64,000 nt of DNA from a bacterium (GTDB taxonomy: Bacteria; Patescibacteriota; Minisyncoccia; Phycocordibacterales; UBA1006), in assembly GCA_043771175.1 (NCBI GenBank), contig JAYVHO010000011.1, positions 12,352 to 76,351 on the forward strand, written 5' to 3'. The translations under genes and the position numbers were made by a program. The first letter of the stretch is position 1. Each line of letters opens with the position of its first letter. The notes beneath the pieces are model-generated. The model was not told where the DNA came from. It saw only the letters and a list, made by a program, of their open reading frames with translations, and did no database searches. This document shows positions 28,330-37,936 of the stretch, one piece after another.

Positions 28330-29079
28330 TTATTTTGTTAAATATTTTTTAACCCAATTTTTCTCTTCTTCTTCTGTGGTTACTTTTTTGAAAAATGCTT
28401 TTTTACCTTTTACGCGAGCTTCGCATGCCGCCCATGTGGTGTGTTTTTCATATACGCCATCTAAGATTGAAAGATACCATCCATTTTTTGAAGAGGATTT
28501 TGTTTTGTGAGCATGGCTGGACTGCGCTAGCGGCGCAGTGACGGATAAAAATAATTGTTCAATGGTGATTGAATATTTTGAAAGTGAACCTTCGAATAAT
28601 TTCACATTATCTTTTTTTGAAAATCCCTGAGCAATATCATTCACGCGTTCATTCCCCACTACGCCAACATGTCCGTCAACGTGAATATAATCTATCTGAA
28701 CTTTTTTAAAAAGTTCAAGTTCTTCAGAAAGTGAAGTCCACAATTCTTTATTTTTTACTTCACTTCCGGTACTGGTAACCCAACCTTTTTGCTTCCAACC
28801 TTTCATCCATTTGGTTACACCATTGCGCACATATTCAGAATCTAAATATACATATATATGTATATCTTTAGAAAGTGAAAGTTCAGATAGTTTTCTAATT
28901 CCTTCGAGCAGCGCCAAAAGTTCTGTTTCGTTGTTGGTGGTGTGACGTAAATGTTCACCCATCTCAAAAACTTTTGAAGATTTTGTATCTACTAAAAGTG
29001 TTCCCCATCCACCAGCACCTGGATTTCCTGAACATGCGCCGTCCGTATAGATAATAATATTTTGGATTTCTTTATTCAT
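28330..29079 (-). CDS. rnhA: Ribonuclease HI with C-terminal hybrid-binding (Cauli_VI-like) domain
   Basis: IYTDGACSGNPG..TNNETELLAL..DSEY..HVDGH..N RNase H motifs; C-terminal WYLSILDGVYEKHTTWAACEARVKGKKAFFKKV. Confidence 0.88.
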   Translation of the reverse strand: MNKEIQNIIIYTDGACSGNPGAGGWGTLLVDTKSSKVFEMGEHLRHTTNNETELLALLEGIRKLSELSLSKDIHIYVYLDSEYVRNGVTKWMKGWKQKGWVTSTGSEVKNKELWTSLSEELELFKKVQIDYIHVDGHVGVVGNERVNDIAQGFSKKDNVKLFEGSLSKYSITIEQLFLSVTAPLAQSSHAHKTKSSSKNGWYLSILDGVYEKHTTWAACEARVKGKKAFFKKVTTEEEEKNWVKKYLTK

Positions 29080-30730
29080 TATATTCAATAATATCACGAA
29101 CAAACAAAACGTACTCGTTTCTAAAATTATCATACTCTGCACTTCCAATCATTCTCATATTTTTTTTTGTTTCTATTTTTTTCTCATCACCATAAAACCA
29201 TACGCCTCGTATTTTATCAGTAGCAGTTTCTATAAAAATTTCATAGTGAGTACTGTCACCTCCAAATGTTTTATACTGAATTATTTTTGCTGGAATGGTG
29301 GATACCAGTGGAGCTTTAAAATCTTGTCCGCATGGTTCTATAATTTTCATAATGTCTACGACTTTTTTTATATGAGATTTTTTTGAAATAATAAAATCAA
29401 TCTCTTCAATAATTTCTGCAACTTTTTTTTCAGTTAAAAAGTTTTCTACATCAGTAATCCATGTTATAAGATTTTCTTTTGAAAGTGCAAACCCTGCCGC
29501 CATGTGATGCCCTCCAAAAGAAATTAAATGCTGCGAAGTTGATTCTAGAATTTCTACTACAGAAATTCCGGGAACACTTCTACATGATCCGCGCACCACA
29601 CCTTCTTCATCAACCGCCCACACAAATACCGGCACTTCAAACATGTCGACAATTTTCCCCGCAATAATTCCCACCACTCCCAAATGCCATTTTTTATCTC
29701 CCACCACAATAATATTTTTTTTACTTAAAATATCTTTTTTCTTTTCTATCGACTTTACCACCTTTGCAGTTTCTAACTTTCTGGCTTGATTCAGAGCTAC
29801 AATTTTTCTGGCCAACACATCAGCCTCGTCGGGGTTTTGAGATAAAAATAATTGTATCGCCACATGAGCATGTTCCATACGTGATGCACTATTGATAAGG
29901 GGAACCAAAGAAAATGAAATGTCAGAAAATGATAGATTTTTAATTTTTGAGTAATATAAAAGTGACGTCAAACCAATCAGTTTGGTTTTTTGCAAAACCT
30001 TAAAACCATACATAGCAAAAATTCTATTTTGATTTTTCAGTGGCACTTGATCACCAATTGTTGCAATACACACCAAATCCAAAAACCATTTTTCTGCACC
30101 TTCTTTAATTTCAGTATTGCCAGATTCTCTCATGGCGTCATACATTGCGCGCCCCAACTGCCATGCAACAGATGCACCACATAACATGGTGTCACCGGTT
30201 CCCAGTTTTGGATTTACCACGGCGTATGCAGATGGAAGAGGAAGCACAGAACTTGCCTCGTGGTGATCCGTAACAATTACATCAATTCCAAAAGTTTTTG
30301 CGTACTCAATAGTCTCATGACATTTAATTCCCACATCCACGGTAATAATTAAACTGACCCCTTTGGCGTGGGCTTCATCTACTGCGTAATTATGAAACCC
30401 ATACCCTTGGGTATGTCTATTTGGAATGGCAACATCCACATCAATATTGATAGATTTAAAATAACGCCACAGGGTAATAGTCGAGCAGATTCCGTCGCAG
30501 TCATAATCTCCGGCAATCATGATTCGTTCTTTATGTTTCACGGCTTCGAGAATTCGATGAATTGCTTTTTCTACACCACCCATTTTGTATGGACTTTCAA
30601 TATCTTCAAATGTTAAATCTAAGTGTTTTTCAGATGTTTCAATACCACGAGACTTCAATATAAATTCTATTGCTTCTAAATTTCCTGGGTTTTCAAGATA
30701 GTCTTTTTCTGGCATTACGTAACGTTTCAT
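29072..30730 (-). CDS. recJ: Single-stranded-DNA-specific exonuclease RecJ
   Basis: DHH (AGDYDCDGI, DHH) and DHHA1 (GGHHMAAGF) motifs; start set to ATG 30730 behind TATACT; ORF extension to 30832 starts inside a repeat. Confidence 0.9.
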   Translation of the reverse strand: MKRYVMPEKDYLENPGNLEAIEFILKSRGIETSEKHLDLTFEDIESPYKMGGVEKAIHRILEAVKHKERIMIAGDYDCDGICSTITLWRYFKSINIDVDVAIPNRHTQGYGFHNYAVDEAHAKGVSLIITVDVGIKCHETIEYAKTFGIDVIVTDHHEASSVLPLPSAYAVVNPKLGTGDTMLCGASVAWQLGRAMYDAMRESGNTEIKEGAEKWFLDLVCIATIGDQVPLKNQNRIFAMYGFKVLQKTKLIGLTSLLYYSKIKNLSFSDISFSLVPLINSASRMEHAHVAIQLFLSQNPDEADVLARKIVALNQARKLETAKVVKSIEKKKDILSKKNIIVVGDKKWHLGVVGIIAGKIVDMFEVPVFVWAVDEEGVVRGSCRSVPGISVVEILESTSQHLISFGGHHMAAGFALSKENLITWITDVENFLTEKKVAEIIEEIDFIISKKSHIKKVVDIMKIIEPCGQDFKAPLVSTIPAKIIQYKTFGGDSTHYEIFIETATDKIRGVWFYGDEKKIETKKNMRMIGSAEYDNFRNEYVLFVRDIIEYNE

Positions 30731-30736
30731 AGGTGA

Positions 30737-30742
30737 AGTATA
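30737..30742 (-). promoter_or_regulatory. -10 box TATACT, leaderless spacing
   Basis: 6 nt before recJ ATG 30730. Confidence 0.45.
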
Positions 30743-30825
30743 CGCCCACACGCCTGCACTTTGCAAACGGGTGGTGGAGTTTTCCAAATCATATAAGTCA
30801 TCCAATTCTAGATAATAATTTCTTT

Positions 30826-30903
30826 CCGTCATACCATTGTATAACGGTATCCAGTTTTCTTTTATTCCGCCTGGATCCCGTTATTCAACGGGATGACGAA
30901 CAG
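30826..30903. repeat. Inverted doublet of the hairpin repeat
   Basis: CCGTCATACCATTGTATAACGGTATCCAG, 12-nt spacer, CCGCCTGGATCCCGTTATTCAACGGGATGACGAACAG. Confidence 0.85.
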
Positions 30904-30947
30904 AATCAGCGACACAACAAGTAGAGTAGCAGGAGGTGACGCAAATG

Positions 30948-32096
30948 TTATAGAGCGAGATGACGGTCAATTGTAGAAATTCCAACCAGTGTTCCTTCTG
31001 CAAGATAATCCAACAGTGCCCCACCACCTGTTGAAACAAAAATATTTTTCTTAGCAACTATTTCCTCTGGCAACATATCCAGAGTGTCACCTCCTCCAAT
31101 CACCATTGGAATTTCTAAGTTCATGATTTCTTGTACAAGCTGTATCGTACCTTTTGTAAATCCCTCTGGAGTGTTTCCCAGTGGTCCATTCCAGAAAATT
31201 TTTGAGACATTACCAAAATGTTCTTTTGCAAAATCTTCTACAAATTTTGGTGAAACATCATATATTGAATCAGTAGAGCCAACTTCTTTTATTTGCGTTT
31301 CTTGATGTGGTAAGTTTTTGGTGATTACCAAAGCAGGAACAATAATTCTGTCATCGGTTGGAATTTGATCAGTGGTCAAGTTTCTGTCGGTCAGAGAATT
31401 TCCAATATTGATTCCTCGTGCTTCATAGACAGGGTGTGCTAAAGCACCTCCTAGCAAAACATATGAAACATCTGAATCACTTAAAAATCTTTTAAGAAGT
31501 GGCAGCTTGGTTGATAATTTATTGCCTCCCAAAACTACACCAATATTTCCAACTACATTTTTGAAATCTGAAATCTTTGAAATTTCCAAAGAAAGTCCTT
31601 CTCCCATGAATGACGGACGAAGCTCGGCCACGCCAACTACACTGGCGTGGTTTCTGTGAGAAACAGAAAATGCATCGTTAACAAACACCTCACACAGCGA
31701 TGCAAAAAATTCTGCTGCCTCTGCGGAATTTTCTGTTTCACCTGGAAGCGACCGCGTGTTTTGAATCAGAAGAATTTCTCCTTCCTCCATGTCATCAATC
31801 ACCTCATATAAACCAGTACTGAGTTTTTTGAAAAACCCAACATATACCTCATAGAGTTCAAAAATTGGAATTAACTCTTCTGTGCTTCTTTGTCCATCAT
31901 CACCCAAATGGGTTGCCAAAATAACTTTGGCTCCGTGGGCGGAAAGTTTTCTGATGGTTTCAATACATCGCTCAATACGCAACATTGCAATTCCCTTTTC
32001 ATTTTTTTCAAGAGTTTCATGACTGATATTCCCGTCAAATCTCACGAGCACTTTTTTTCCTTTACAAGTTTGATAGAGTTCTTTAATGGTATTCAT
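30948..32096 (-). CDS. pgk: Phosphoglycerate kinase
   Basis: KVLVRFDGN.., ATHLG, GGGDT and TGGGAL motifs; start ATG 32096. Confidence 0.92.
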   Translation of the reverse strand: MNTIKELYQTCKGKKVLVRFDGNISHETLEKNEKGIAMLRIERCIETIRKLSAHGAKVILATHLGDDGQRSTEELIPIFELYEVYVGFFKKLSTGLYEVIDDMEEGEILLIQNTRSLPGETENSAEAAEFFASLCEVFVNDAFSVSHRNHASVVGVAELRPSFMGEGLSLEISKISDFKNVVGNIGVVLGGNKLSTKLPLLKRFLSDSDVSYVLLGGALAHPVYEARGINIGNSLTDRNLTTDQIPTDDRIIVPALVITKNLPHQETQIKEVGSTDSIYDVSPKFVEDFAKEHFGNVSKIFWNGPLGNTPEGFTKGTIQLVQEIMNLEIPMVIGGGDTLDMLPEEIVAKKNIFVSTGGGALLDYLAEGTLVGISTIDRHLAL

Positions 32097-32100
32097 ATAA

Positions 32101-32823
32101 TTAGATAAGTGAGTTAATAAATTTTCCAAGCTCAACTGGCTTGGTAGAAAGTGATCCAATCAAAAAACCTTCAACATCAAATTGATGAAGTTCTTGGGGT
32201 GAAAATTCTGACACAGAGCCTCCATACAAAATCCTGTTCGTGCTGGTAATTTCTTTAATTTTTAAAATCGTTGCCGTGCAGTGTCTAACTGCATCTGCAT
32301 GAGAAATTAAACTTTGCTCATCTTTGTTGGTAGAAATTAACCACTGAGGTTCATACGTAACATATGTCACAAAGTTTTTGGTTACAATTTTACTTGCAAT
32401 TTTCTCAACTTCACGGTAGAAAATATCCATTGCTTTTAAAGAAGGATCTGTTTCTCCAACACAAATTAAAACAGTTACATTATCTGGAACACAATCAAGT
32501 GTTTGAAGCATAGTTTCTAAAGTCATTCCAGATCTTCGCTCATCGCTGTGACCAATCAATCCACAATTAATTTGAAAATCTTTCATGTGCCGTGGATCCA
32601 CAGAACCAGTTCCCCCACCTTGAGTGATTTTAAGACCTTGAATTCCACAATGAAATCCGTTATTTTTTTCTTTACTTTCTGCGACTACTGTGGATAAAAA
32701 AAGTGGTGAGACAAACATGGTTGCCCCCATAACTGCGTTATTTACGATGATGGACATGACGTCAATGTACTCACTACTGTTACTAAACGAGTTCTTGGGA
32801 TTGAGAAATATTTTATATGACAT
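32101..32823 (-). CDS. tpiA: Triosephosphate isomerase (divergent)
   Basis: LNPKN, GHSDERR, YEPQW, GGSV motifs collinear with TIM; adjacent to pgk. Confidence 0.78.
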   Translation of the reverse strand: MSYKIFLNPKNSFSNSSEYIDVMSIIVNNAVMGATMFVSPLFLSTVVAESKEKNNGFHCGIQGLKITQGGGTGSVDPRHMKDFQINCGLIGHSDERRSGMTLETMLQTLDCVPDNVTVLICVGETDPSLKAMDIFYREVEKIASKIVTKNFVTYVTYEPQWLISTNKDEQSLISHADAVRHCTATILKIKEITSTNRILYGGSVSEFSPQELHQFDVEGFLIGSLSTKPVELGKFINSLI

Positions 32824-32829
32824 ATATAT

Positions 32830-32835
32830 AGTATA
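32830..32835 (-). promoter_or_regulatory. -10 box TATACT, leaderless spacing
   Basis: 6 nt before tpiA ATG 32823. Confidence 0.45.
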
Positions 32836-32970
32836 TTCTCCAAAAAATAAGTGGCAAGAAAACTCAGATATGATATTATATTTCTAAGTCATGGTTGTCA
32901 GCCGTGATCATTACAACAAAATTTTACAGAGTATGTGTTATCTCAACAATGTGCATATTCTCAACTTAAT

Positions 32971-34197
32971 ATGATTGACCTCAAAGCATTAAAAGCTACT
33001 CTTGAGCTTCTTGAAACCGAGAAGAGCATCCCAAGAGAAAAAGTTATCGAAGCCATTGAATACGCTTTGGCTGCCGCTTATAAAAAAGATTACGGAAAAA
33101 AAGGACAAGTAATACGATGTACCTTCAACCAAGAAAATGGAGAAATGGAATTTGTTCAGGTAAAAACAGTTGTTGATGAAACTACCGTTCGCCCAGAACT
33201 TACCGCCGAAGACTTGGAATCTATCAAAGAAGGAACATTTGATGAAGCACTCGATGAGGAAGACGAGAGACCTCGTTTTGATCAAGAAAAGCACATCCTT
33301 ATCAATGACGCAAAAAAGATAAAAGGAGCCGCGGCTCTAGAAGATGAAATTATATTTCCTCTTGAAACACCCGAAACGAGTTTTGGAAGAATCGCAGCAC
33401 AAACTGCCAAGCAAGTAATCATCTCAAGAATTAAAGATGCCGAACGAGAAACCGTGGCAATTGAATACCATGACAAGATTGGAAATATTTTACACGGTGT
33501 TATTACCAAATATGACCGAGGTACCGTATATATTGAATTTCCTCGAGCACTGGGAGTTTTGGCCCGCGATGAACAAATCCCAGGAGAATTTTATAAACCG
33601 GGACAACGCATCAAAGCATATTTGCAAGATGTAGAAAATAGTTACAAAGGAGTTCTTCTTAAACTCTCACGCTCACATCCACTGTTTGTTGAAGCACTCT
33701 TTACCCTAGAATCTCCAGAAGTTTCTGCGGGGATTGTTGAAATAAAATCAATTGCCCGAGAACCAGGTTCACGTAGCAAAATTGCGGTTTCATCAAATGA
33801 CACAGCTATTGATCCGGTTGGATCATGTATTGGTCAACGCGGTAGCCGCGTGAGTTCTATCACCACAGAACTCAACGGAGAAAAAATTGATATTATTCCA
33901 TGGTCAGAAGAAGCCACAGAATTTATTGCAAATGCTCTGGCTCCAGCTTCTGTTCTTTCCGTTACGATAGATGAAGAAAACCACACAGCTCATATTGATG
34001 TTGTGGAAGATCAACTTTCACTGGCAATTGGAAAAGGAGGACAAAATGTTCGTCTTGCGGTGAAGCTCACTGGTTGGAGAATTGATATCAATGGAATTAC
34101 GCCAGATGATAATTCAATCAATGAACTTGTTGATTCTCTCATTCCCGAAGAAGCAGAAGATGAAGCAACAGATTTAGAAAATAACTCAACTAACTAA
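32971..34197 (+). CDS. nusA: Transcription termination/antitermination factor NusA
   Basis: N-terminal domain, S1 and two KH motifs (GSCIGQRGSRV, LAIGKGGQNVRLA). Confidence 0.94.
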   Translation: MIDLKALKATLELLETEKSIPREKVIEAIEYALAAAYKKDYGKKGQVIRCTFNQENGEMEFVQVKTVVDETTVRPELTAEDLESIKEGTFDEALDEEDERPRFDQEKHILINDAKKIKGAAALEDEIIFPLETPETSFGRIAAQTAKQVIISRIKDAERETVAIEYHDKIGNILHGVITKYDRGTVYIEFPRALGVLARDEQIPGEFYKPGQRIKAYLQDVENSYKGVLLKLSRSHPLFVEALFTLESPEVSAGIVEIKSIAREPGSRSKIAVSSNDTAIDPVGSCIGQRGSRVSSITTELNGEKIDIIPWSEEATEFIANALAPASVLSVTIDEENHTAHIDVVEDQLSLAIGKGGQNVRLAVKLTGWRIDINGITPDDNSINELVDSLIPEEAEDEATDLENNSTN

Positions 34198-34200
34198 TAT

Positions 34201-34740
34201 ATGAATCTTTGGCATGACATCTCACGAGGAGAAAATATCCCACAAGAAATCAATGTCATCATTGAGATTGGAAAGGGTTCTCCTAATAAATATGAAATAG
34301 ACAAGGAGACCGGTCTTATCAAACTTGACCGCGCAAATTATTCTAGTGCCCCTTATCCATTTGATTACGGATTTGTTCCGCAAACATTATGGGAAGATGG
34401 AGATGCGCTGGATGTAATACTTCTTACTACATTCCCTTTAGTTACGGGAATATTAGTAAATGCACGACCAGTTGCTGTTATGAATATGATTGATGGAGGT
34501 GAGTCAGATTATAAAATAATTGCAGTACCAGTTGACGACAAGCGCTGGGATGATGTACACGACCTTGCTGATATCAACAAACACAACCTCAAAGAATTTA
34601 CTCACTTTTTTGAAACTTACAAAGAACTCAAAAAAGGAGAAAAAGGAACGGTGGTGATTGAAGGAATTTTTGGAAAAACTCAAGCTCTTGAGGCAATCCA
34701 AAAATCTGTTGAGCTGTACAATGAAAAATTCAAAAAATAA
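34201..34740 (+). CDS. ppa: Inorganic pyrophosphatase
   Basis: EIGKGSPNKYEIDKETG..LDR..YPFDYGF..DGDALD family I PPase motifs. Confidence 0.95.
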   Translation: MNLWHDISRGENIPQEINVIIEIGKGSPNKYEIDKETGLIKLDRANYSSAPYPFDYGFVPQTLWEDGDALDVILLTTFPLVTGILVNARPVAVMNMIDGGESDYKIIAVPVDDKRWDDVHDLADINKHNLKEFTHFFETYKELKKGEKGTVVIEGIFGKTQALEAIQKSVELYNEKFKK

Positions 34741-34773
34741 AAAAAACCCAGAAGCTCAGCTTCTGGGTTTTTT
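34741..34773. terminator. Bidirectional intrinsic terminator
   Basis: AAAAAACCCAGAAGC-TCA-GCTTCTGGGTTTTTT. Confidence 0.85.
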
Positions 34774-34788
34774 GATATCAAATTGGTC

Positions 34789-35175
34789 TTACAATATGTA
34801 AAACAATGCAGCACCAACAACATAGAACGAAATCGATGCCGTTAGTATTACAGCAAGTTTAATTAACTTATCATAATATTTTTGCATCATTTCCATGTCA
34901 CAGTAATGATGTGAAATAATCTTACGGCTGAAATTCATCGCAATGTATATTCCAACGAGACCGATAATTTGAATAATAACACCAAACCATGCATCATAGG
35001 GAATATTAGGTGAACGCATACCAATTGATGTTAGTATCCACGGCATAAAGAATACTATCGTTGCAACGAGTGCAACTGCTGTCAAAAAACCAGACAATTT
35101 ATTTGCGAAATAATTATCGCTAAAAAATTGTGGGTGTTTACTATCACCTTCTGTGTGTAAAATGAAATTTTTCAT
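34789..35175 (-). CDS. Hypothetical membrane protein (128 aa)
   Basis: Three hydrophobic helices; no domain recognised. Confidence 0.5.
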   Translation of the reverse strand: MKNFILHTEGDSKHPQFFSDNYFANKLSGFLTAVALVATIVFFMPWILTSIGMRSPNIPYDAWFGVIIQIIGLVGIYIAMNFSRKIISHHYCDMEMMQKYYDKLIKLAVILTASISFYVVGAALFYIL

Positions 35176-35263
35176 TGATTGAGCTCAAGGAAGAGCCATC
35201 TTTTATTTATGTAAATAACAATTAAATATATAATATCACACATATTTGTATTTGTCAATAATA

Positions 35264-35288
35264 CAAAAACTCCCTTGCGGGAGTTTTT
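35264..35288 (-). terminator. Intrinsic terminator
   Basis: AAAAACTCCC-GCAA-GGGAGTTTTT on minus strand. Confidence 0.7.
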
Positions 35289-35330
35289 ACGATGTGCGAT
35301 ATAATTGTGCGCGCACTGAACCGTTTGAGA

Positions 35331-35609
35331 CTATTGTTTAGCTGGAGTTGCTGCTGGTGCTGCAACTGTTGCGTCTACTGCTGCAGCTGGAGCCATAGCG
35401 CCATCTACTGGTGCTGATGTATCTGCTGGAGCCATAGTTCCGTCAACTGGAGCCATAGTTCCATCTACTGGAGTAGTGGTGGTTTCAGTTACTGGAGTTT
35501 CTGGAGTCTCAGTTCCTTTCTTTGATGAGCGAATTACGAACACAAGAATTACCACGATTGCAATCACGATAATTACTGCTAGTACTGCGCTTCCTTTTAC
35601 TGCTTTCAT
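35331..35609 (-). CDS. Small membrane-anchored protein with Ala/Pro/Thr-rich repeats
   Basis: N-terminal TM helix, then TPETPVTETTTTPVDGTMAPVDGTMAP.. Confidence 0.5.
   Translation of the reverse strand: MKAVKGSAVLAVIIVIAIVVILVFVIRSSKKGTETPETPVTETTTTPVDGTMAPVDGTMAPADTSAPVDGAMAPAAAVDATVAAPAATPAKQ
35389..35469. repeat. Tandem 21-bp repeats (MAPVDGT units) inside CDS
   Basis: GGAGCCATAG(C/T)(G/T)CC(A/G)TC(T/A)ACT three times plus one diverged unit. Confidence 0.8.
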
Positions 35610-35813
35610 AATATTTTTTAGAATTAGTGTACAAAGAGAACCGATGTTCTTATATAATTACACATCGACCGTGTACCATACCAGTATACAATATAAGAAA
35701 ATTGGGTCAATCATCTATCCCCATAACACCATATAAAATAAAAAAATAAAGAAAAATGGTCTTTACAAGTTGGCATTTTATCGCTACACTTGCTGGGCAA
35801 TTAATTATATATT

Positions 35814-36896
35814 ATGTCTATGAAATTTACTTCAACTAATAAAGAAAACAAAGAACTCTGTTCTTCACTTTTGAGTGTTTCAATTGATTGGTCAGAAATT
35901 GAACCTCTCAAAAAACCAGCAATTACCAACATTGGAAAACATATTTCAATGGATGGTTTCCGTGCTGGTCATGTCCCAGAAGCCATGCTTCTTAAAAAAA
36001 TACCAACATCACACCTATTATCTGAAATGGCAGATATGGCGATTCAATCAATTTACGTTGACTTGATTAAGGAGCACAACATTACTCCTATTGGAAAACC
36101 AGTTATTACGCTTAAGAAACTTGTTGAAGGAAACACTTTTGAATTTACTATTGAAAGCGATACGTTACCAGTGGTTACCCTTCCCAAAACTCTTGAAAAA
36201 GATGCCAAGAAATTCCTTAGTCCAAAAATTAGTAATCGTGTTCTTAAAAAAGACATAGAAGATGCACTTATTGAACTTCAAAAAATGAGAATCCAACATG
36301 AAACAAAAGAAATTCCAGAAGTATTACCTCCACTGGATGATGAGTTTGCAAAAGGACTTGGAAAGTTCACTACATTAGATGAAGTACGCGCCGCTTTAAA
36401 AGAAAATATTGAACATGAAAAAATTCATCATGAAATTGATAAACGTCATGGAGAGTTTTATGATCATTTGGTAGAATCTTGTAACTTTGCCATTCCACAA
36501 AGTATGATCAATTTTGAAATCGATAAACGTATTGCTCAACTTGAACATGATACGTCTATGGCTGGTCACACGCTTGAAGATTATCTGTTAAGCATTCAAA
36601 AAACTAAAGAACAAATTATTGAAGATATTCGTCCAAATGCAGAAAAATCTGCAAAACTTGAACTTATCTTTAATGAAATTGCTACCATAAACAATATTGT
36701 TCCTGATCAAAAAAATGTAGACTTGGAAGTTCAAGCATCAGCAAACAGATATAAAGATTCAAAAGACTTTGATATTGACCGTGCTCGTGATTATTTCTTT
36801 ACCGTTCACAAGAATCGTGCTGTTATTGCATTCTTGGATAAACTAGGAGATTTACCACATATTCACGCTGAGGAACACACTGAAGTAGAAGAATAA
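35814..36896 (+). CDS. tig: Trigger factor (short form)
   Basis: MDGFRAGHVP signature, C-terminal arm-like region, upstream of clpP. Confidence 0.8.
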   Translation: MSMKFTSTNKENKELCSSLLSVSIDWSEIEPLKKPAITNIGKHISMDGFRAGHVPEAMLLKKIPTSHLLSEMADMAIQSIYVDLIKEHNITPIGKPVITLKKLVEGNTFEFTIESDTLPVVTLPKTLEKDAKKFLSPKISNRVLKKDIEDALIELQKMRIQHETKEIPEVLPPLDDEFAKGLGKFTTLDEVRAALKENIEHEKIHHEIDKRHGEFYDHLVESCNFAIPQSMINFEIDKRIAQLEHDTSMAGHTLEDYLLSIQKTKEQIIEDIRPNAEKSAKLELIFNEIATINNIVPDQKNVDLEVQASANRYKDSKDFDIDRARDYFFTVHKNRAVIAFLDKLGDLPHIHAEEHTEVEE

Positions 36897-36903
36897 TCTA
36901 ATT

Positions 36904-36931
36904 AAAAATCACAGTTAAAGCTGTGGTTTTT
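36904..36931 (+). terminator. Intrinsic terminator after tig
   Basis: ATCACAG-TTAAAG-CTGTGGTTTTT. Confidence 0.55.
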
Positions 36932-36946
36932 AATTGGAAAAGTCCT

Positions 36947-37057
36947 CCCGTACGTCATCTCGTTATATAACGAGAATCAGGCTATTTATTTCTGTTAATA
37001 TGCCCGGCATACCCTTTTGCAAAGTTGGATCCCGCCACTGGCGGGATGACAGACAGG
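36947..37057. repeat. Inverted doublet of the hairpin repeat
   Basis: CCCGTACGTCATCTCGTTATATAACGAGAATCAGG, 42-nt spacer, GTTGGATCCCGCCACTGGCGGGATGACAGACAGG. Confidence 0.8.
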
Positions 37058-37086
37058 TCCCCCTTTTCAAATTCATGTTATCAACG

Positions 37087-37092
37087 TATGAT
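37087..37092 (+). promoter_or_regulatory. -10 box TATGAT
   Basis: 8 nt before clpP ATG; TTTTCA 17 nt upstream. Confidence 0.45.
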
Positions 37093-37100
37093 ACATATAT

Positions 37101-37682
37101 ATGTTAATACCAACCGTACTAGAAAAAACCGTGAATGGTGAACGTTCCTACGACATTTACTCACGATTACTCCGTGATCGAATTTTATTTCTTGGAGATG
37201 AAATCAATGAACACACTACCAGTCTTATTATTGCTCAACTACTATTCCTAGAAGCTGAAGATCCTAAAAAAGATATTCATCTTTATATTAACAGTCCAGG
37301 AGGGATTGTTTCGGGAACCCTTGCTATTATTGACACTATGAACCATATCAAACCAGATGTTTCAACCATTTGTATGGGAATGGCGGCGTCAGGTGGTGCA
37401 TGGATATTATGTTCTGGTGCTAAAGGAAAAAGATACGCACTTCCTCATGCACAAATAATGTTCCATCAACCTTTAGGTGGTGCACAAGGTCAAGCGTCTG
37501 ATATTGAAATCACCGCTCGGCTTATCATGAGACAAAAAGAACTTCTCACTAAAATGCTGGCAAAAAATACTGGAAAATCAGTTGAAACAGTAAGAAAAGA
37601 TATTGACCGAGATTACTGGATGGATTCTGAAGAAGCTAAAAAATACGGAGCGATTGATGAAATTTTCAAAGCTAAAAAATAA
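37101..37682 (+). CDS. clpP: ATP-dependent Clp protease proteolytic subunit
   Basis: [10 protein letters not shown].., catalytic MGMAAS and HQP motifs. Confidence 0.96.
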   Translation: MLIPTVLEKTVNGERSYDIYSRLLRDRILFLGDEINEHTTSLIIAQLLFLEAEDPKKDIHLYINSPGGIVSGTLAIIDTMNHIKPDVSTICMGMAASGGAWILCSGAKGKRYALPHAQIMFHQPLGGAQGQASDIEITARLIMRQKELLTKMLAKNTGKSVETVRKDIDRDYWMDSEEAKKYGAIDEIFKAKK

Positions 37683-37687
37683 ATCCT

Positions 37688-37813
37688 CATTCGTCTTACT
37701 GTTGCATAACAGTATCCAGTATTAAAAGAGCACAAGCAATTGTGTTCTTTTTTCTATCGTACGAAATTAGGAATTTGCTGGATCCCGTGATTCAACGGGA
37801 TGACGGGCAGTGG
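37688..37813. repeat. Inverted doublet of the hairpin repeat flanking the clpP terminator
   Basis: CATTCGTCTTACTGTTGCATAACAGTATCCAG, 56 nt, TGCTGGATCCCGTGATTCAACGGGATGACGGGCAGTGG. Confidence 0.8.
37727..37753 (+). terminator. Intrinsic terminator after clpP
   Basis: AGAGCACAA-GCAA-TTGTGTTCTTTTTT. Confidence 0.75.
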
Positions 37814-37936
37814 AGCAGTAAGATTCACTCTCAGATAATTGCTGACTTCCCTTTTTACTGTTATTATCATGAAGAGAACTTCCAGAAATTAACCGCTTCT
37901 CATTTATTACCGGATACCAAATACATTTATTTATTT

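Noticed and set aside
32689-32697. Fourth perfect DnaA box (TGTGGATAA) inside tpiA
   Set aside because: An isolated 9-mer within a coding region with no neighbouring boxes. Treated as a chance occurrence.
37742-37936. N-terminal extensions of ORFs for rny (37742), yebC (62234), recJ (30832) and pnp (49522)
   Set aside because: The extensions start in or translate the hairpin repeat (..LDPVIQRDD.., MTD.., MTE..). Conserved protein N-termini and -10 boxes indicate the downstream ATGs.
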